Below, piece by piece: positions 60,049 through 64,000 of a DNA stretch of 64,000 nucleotides. This stretch comes from Bacilli bacterium (lineage in GTDB: Bacteria > Bacillota_I > Bacilli_A > RF39 > UBA660). The notes under the pieces were generated by a model that did not search any database, was not told where the DNA came from, and saw nothing but the letters and a program-made list of their open reading frames with translations. Location: contig JAGAIS010000007.1 of assembly GCA_017626405.1 (NCBI GenBank), positions 8,280 through 72,279 of the forward strand, given 5' to 3'. Position numbers and translations under genes: made by a program. Within the stretch, counting starts at the first letter, position 1. Each line of letters begins with the position of its first letter.

Positions 60049-60768
60049 ATGAGAAATGTTTTAGTTTTTTTAATTCTAAGCCTGTTTTCTCTTTTTGCTA
60101 TACCTGAAAATGTTTTTGCAGATTCGTGTGACTATAAACAAAAGGCACAACTTAATAAATATGCCTTTAATGTTAAAGCTGAATACGAATTTAAGAAAAA
60201 TGAAGATGGTAGCACTTACTTTGATATCATTGTATATAATATTGTTTCAGATATCTATGTAAATTATAAAAGTGAGTTGGAAGGCAATAGTTCAATAGGA
60301 ACTAATATCAATTATGAAGCAACCAATAGTGGCACTTATAGATTTAGTATTCCTATTCCAAGTAAGTCTTTTGATTATATATTTTATGTAAGAACGACAA
60401 AAGAGGGATGTGCTGGAGATTTAAGAAAATTTAGTTTATCCATACCAATTAGAAATTCTTATCATGATTTGGATGTTTGCAAAAAAAGTGGAATGGAAGA
60501 TTATTACTATTGCAAAGAGTGGATAATAGATGAATTTAATATATCTTCATCAGAAATTGAAAAAAAGATAAATGAAAAATATGAATCTCTTAAGAAGAAT
60601 ACAACTAGTCAATGTATTGGATGTGCAGAGAAAGCGAGAAATGATGCTAAGATAAAAGCTTTTGAAGAATTAAAGATGAAGATAATAATTGGACTAGCAG
60701 TAGGAATTGTAATAGATTTATTAGCTATGATTATTCAAATAGTCAATATTAGGAGGAGCGAAATATGA
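60049..60768 (+). CDS. secreted C-tail-anchored Cys-containing protein (paralog 1)
   Basis: Signal peptide, C-terminal TM. Shares Cys spacing and C..WI.E motif with the next gene. Confidence 0.5.
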   Translation: MRNVLVFLILSLFSLFAIPENVFADSCDYKQKAQLNKYAFNVKAEYEFKKNEDGSTYFDIIVYNIVSDIYVNYKSELEGNSSIGTNINYEATNSGTYRFSIPIPSKSFDYIFYVRTTKEGCAGDLRKFSLSIPIRNSYHDLDVCKKSGMEDYYYCKEWIIDEFNISSSEIEKKINEKYESLKKNTTSQCIGCAEKARNDAKIKAFEELKMKIIIGLAVGIVIDLLAMIIQIVNIRRSEI

Positions 60769-61712
60769 CGCGATTAAGAGAAAAGAAAGAGTTCAAAAGA
60801 GAATATATTCCAGTAATCATTACGGGAATTATATTAATACTTTTAGTTGGTGCTCTAGTATTCATGATATTCTATAAGGGAAATTTAAATCTTGAAGAAG
60901 TTCCAAAAGATTCCGGGCATAAAGTAGATGAACTAAATGTCGAAGTAGATAAAGATAAATGTTCAACAGATTTAATTAAAAAATTGAGTGATGAAGCAAA
61001 TAAGATTAAAATGAGTTATAAAGAAAAAGCAATTGAAGATGGCATTTATGATGTTGATGATGACTCTGGCGAAAATTTTTACCTTTATGATTATGTATGG
61101 AATGTAACTTTCGATAATGTAACTGATAATTTCTATTTGAAAATAACTAATGATTATGATGATACAGTAAAAACTATTACAAAAGATACTTTAGTTGATG
61201 GAAAGTGGGAATTTGATACTATTCCTGATGATGATGTAGTAACTTACACTATCTCTGTTATATCTAATCCAGATGGATGCAAGGAACAAACATTTAGAAA
61301 GTTCGAATTGAAAGCATTGATTTTTAATACATGGAGTGCAACTCCTAAGTGTAAAGTTTATAAAGATTTTAAATATTGCAATAGATGGATTGATGAAGAT
61401 ACATTAACATTTGATGAATTTGAATATGAACTAGCTAAGTATATAAAAGAACATCCTGAGATTAAAGAAGAAAATCCTTTTGGAGTTGATCTTCCAACTA
61501 CAACAACTAGTACTAATAAAACAAATAGTAAAAATAGTACTACAACAACTAGTAAAAAATTTTCTAGTTCTTCGAGTAAAGATAATACAACCAATAAAGA
61601 GAATAATGTAATTGTAAAAGACAATAAGATAATATATGCTATTGTAATTATATTAATCATTATTGTAGGGGTGGTAATAGTGGTACTGCTTAAAAAGAAG
61701 AGGAGTAAGTAG
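60765..61712 (+). CDS. membrane-anchored Cys-containing protein with a Ser/Thr-rich stalk (paralog 2)
   Basis: N-terminal TM, GC..RKF.L and C.RWI.E blocks, S/T/N-rich region, C-terminal TM. Confidence 0.5.
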   Translation: MTRLREKKEFKREYIPVIITGIILILLVGALVFMIFYKGNLNLEEVPKDSGHKVDELNVEVDKDKCSTDLIKKLSDEANKIKMSYKEKAIEDGIYDVDDDSGENFYLYDYVWNVTFDNVTDNFYLKITNDYDDTVKTITKDTLVDGKWEFDTIPDDDVVTYTISVISNPDGCKEQTFRKFELKALIFNTWSATPKCKVYKDFKYCNRWIDEDTLTFDEFEYELAKYIKEHPEIKEENPFGVDLPTTTTSTNKTNSKNSTTTTSKKFSSSSSKDNTTNKENNVIVKDNKIIYAIVIILIIIVGVVIVVLLKKKRSK

Positions 61713-61714
61713 TA

Positions 61715-64000
61715 TGAAAAAGAAAATAGTATTAATTTTAATTGCTTTAAGTTGCATGCTTGTATTTACTCCTAATGCAAATGCTAAAACAAATGCAGTA
61801 GTAGTATATAAGAATTATCCGGGAACTGGATCGAATAAAATTCTTTCAGGCATAGAATATGCTGCCGATGGAAATAAAAGTATTGTTGGACGAGGAAAAT
61901 TCAAATTATATAATGAATATATTAGAATGAATGACCATGATTATAAAGCATGGTGTGTTGACCCTTCATTACATGCTAAAGGAGGCGCTTCTTATACTTG
62001 TACTCCGTTAAAAGATTATGGCCTTCAATATTTGTATAATAATAAAACAGGTGATGAAACTATAGATTCCACTGCATTCAGATTTTATGCAATTTATGCT
62101 GGTATCGGTATGACGGCAACAGACATGAACGGTAATGAAATAGAACACTCAAGTTTAAACTATCCAAAGGCTGCACTAATCAGATATCTTCAAGTTAGAA
62201 ATGGTAATTCTGGTGTTATTGCTGAATATGGAAATGATTATACACAATTTTTGCGTGGTAATACTGCTGCAATTGAAGCTGCCTATAATCTAGCTACTGC
62301 AGCATCGCTTCATAAACAAACAACTGAATTAGCTCAAGCTACATCGGGAGACGGAAGTGGGTTAAAGTATACTAGAACATCAAATGATGCAACAAGTGTT
62401 ACATATAATGTAACTTCTACATTCCCTATGAAACGAGAAGAAATGGAATTTACATGTGATAATTGTGCAAGCGTTGATATTTTGAGTTGGTCAGAATATA
62501 GCGTTACAATAAAAGTTAATCAATTACCTGGCGAAGAAGGATGTAAATTTATTGTTAATGCAATATTTAAACGAAGAGGAATGTTTGGTTGTTATGGAGG
62601 AGAAGGAAATCAATTCTTAGTTATAATGGTAGATGATCCTGAACAAGCAAAATTCCCATTTGAAGGTCACAATCCTACATGCGGCGATGAATGTTGTGAG
62701 GAAGGACCATTAAATGATGATTTACAAGGAAATATTTCGAATTGTTGTGAAGAAACAACACATTCTTATGTAAAAGAATATGATCTTGATGAATTATTCT
62801 GTTATCATGAAGGTTTACAAGTTCCATATTATTGGGAAAAATGTGGAGCAGATGCTTATAAACTTGAAGAAGTAAATGACTATTGTGATATGTATTGTAC
62901 TGAGAGAGTTACTATTGATGTACCTGGAGCAATAACTGCAAAGTCAGGAAGATATTTTACTCTTTCTAAAAATCCAGTAGGTAATACTACAAGCCCTTAT
63001 ATTCAAGGATTTAAAAGATGTCGTGTAAGAGTTAAATATGATTTATGGGAAAAACATTATATTGAAGCTGTTAAGGAAGAAGTACAAAAATATAATGCAT
63101 TCCAATTAGCAGCAGCAAATTACCATTTCTATGTTTCTGGTGGTCAAGGTGGATACTTAGGTTCACAAACTGTTACTGGAACTGTTAGTTTAACTCAAAA
63201 GTGTCATCATTGGGGTACTTGTACTGGAACAAGACCATGTACTTCGCCTGGTTGTACTGGAACTGAATCATACACATATGGTTGTTGGATAGATGATTCC
63301 GATGCAACAGGAACATATAGTTATTCATATACGAAATATCACTTTAAAACTACATTACCTTATCAAACATCTAAAACTAAAGAAGATCCAATTACTCATA
63401 AGGAAATTGAAGTATTAAAAAATAGTATTCAAAATGCAAGTCATGATGAATATACCGTTTGGGATAGATCAACTGAAGTAAGCAAAGCACAATCAGCAGC
63501 TAATGCATTGTCTTGTGGATCAAATAGTAAAAATGGAAGTCCTACAATAGGAGAAATTCCTGACGGTAGTTTGCTAAATGAAAACTTTGATTCTCAAAAA
63601 TCCTCATTGAAAGGTACAATGGATGGGGCTGCAAGCGCTTATGCTACAGCAGTATCGGCAGCGAAAACTCTTGAGGAAAAGTTAACTAAATGTGATAAAT
63701 ACTTTGACGAAAAATCAGCAAATGAAATGTACGAATTTAATCCATCAATGTCATTTAGATATACTCAATTATATCGTGATGATAATGGAGAATCACAACT
63801 AAGTATAATTGGAATCGATTTTAAAGAAACACCAGGTTGTATAATTACTGGCCCAGAAAAGGGTGATATTAATTATGAAGGTGGTATGGATACAGCATCT
63901 CCAAGATATTCTGGAGTATATGGCACAGGATTCTTCAATGGTAAGGATTTCGATGGTGGAGCAATTGAATATGATAACGATGGAAGTAAGTTCAATGGTG
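61715..64000 (+). CDS. large secreted cysteine-rich protein (3' truncated by window edge)
   Basis: ATG 61715 after GAGGAG. Signal peptide MKKKIVLILIALSCMLVFTPNANA. Multiple CxxC/CC clusters. Open to the window end. Confidence 0.55.

Noticed and set aside
1-64000. tRNA/rRNA genes
   Set aside because: No T-arm/acceptor signatures (GGTTCGAATCC-like) or rRNA-like conserved tracts were seen in intergenic regions. None called.

Overview
This is a low-GC (about 28-30% GC) Firmicutes chromosomal window using the standard genetic code, since TGA terminates adk and map. A partial pnp 3' end, a surface protein with a sortase-B-type SPKTG signal, a glucosaminidase-domain protein and a convergent GT2 glycosyltransferase precede an almost complete S10-spc-alpha ribosomal protein supercluster (rpsJ through rplQ, including secY, adk, map, infA, rpmJ and rpoA) on the + strand. 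This supercluster has no rpmD (L30). Downstream are pilC/pilD-like type IV pilus genes, a membrane-anchored GH5 endoglucanase, an OatA-like acyltransferase-SGNH protein, uvrB, a LysR regulator, a CBS-domain family II pyrophosphatase (ppaC), PAP2, SDR, SPFH and methyltransferase genes, and a cluster of paralogous Cys-containing secreted/membrane proteins behind a consensus promoter with a long leader. The most unusual region is about 28.5-43.6 kb. It holds a signal-peptide-less 2010-aa Rhs/YD-repeat polymorphic toxin with two CBM_4_9-like modules and a C-terminal GIY-YIG nuclease domain. Immediately upstream is a phage tail-collar-domain protein. Downstream is a cognate immunity gene and then an array of orphan rhs C-terminal toxin / two-gene immunity cassettes. 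The array boundaries carry a thrice-repeated hairpin-plus-RBS junction motif and a duplicated 5' fragment of an M23 peptidase gene. The array ends with an intact M23-LysM peptidoglycan hydrolase, a TcdE-like holin and a small sigma/ArpU-like regulator. I interpret this as a candidate holin/hydrolase-dependent (T10SS-like) Rhs toxin export and diversification locus. No rRNA, tRNA or CRISPR array was recognised.
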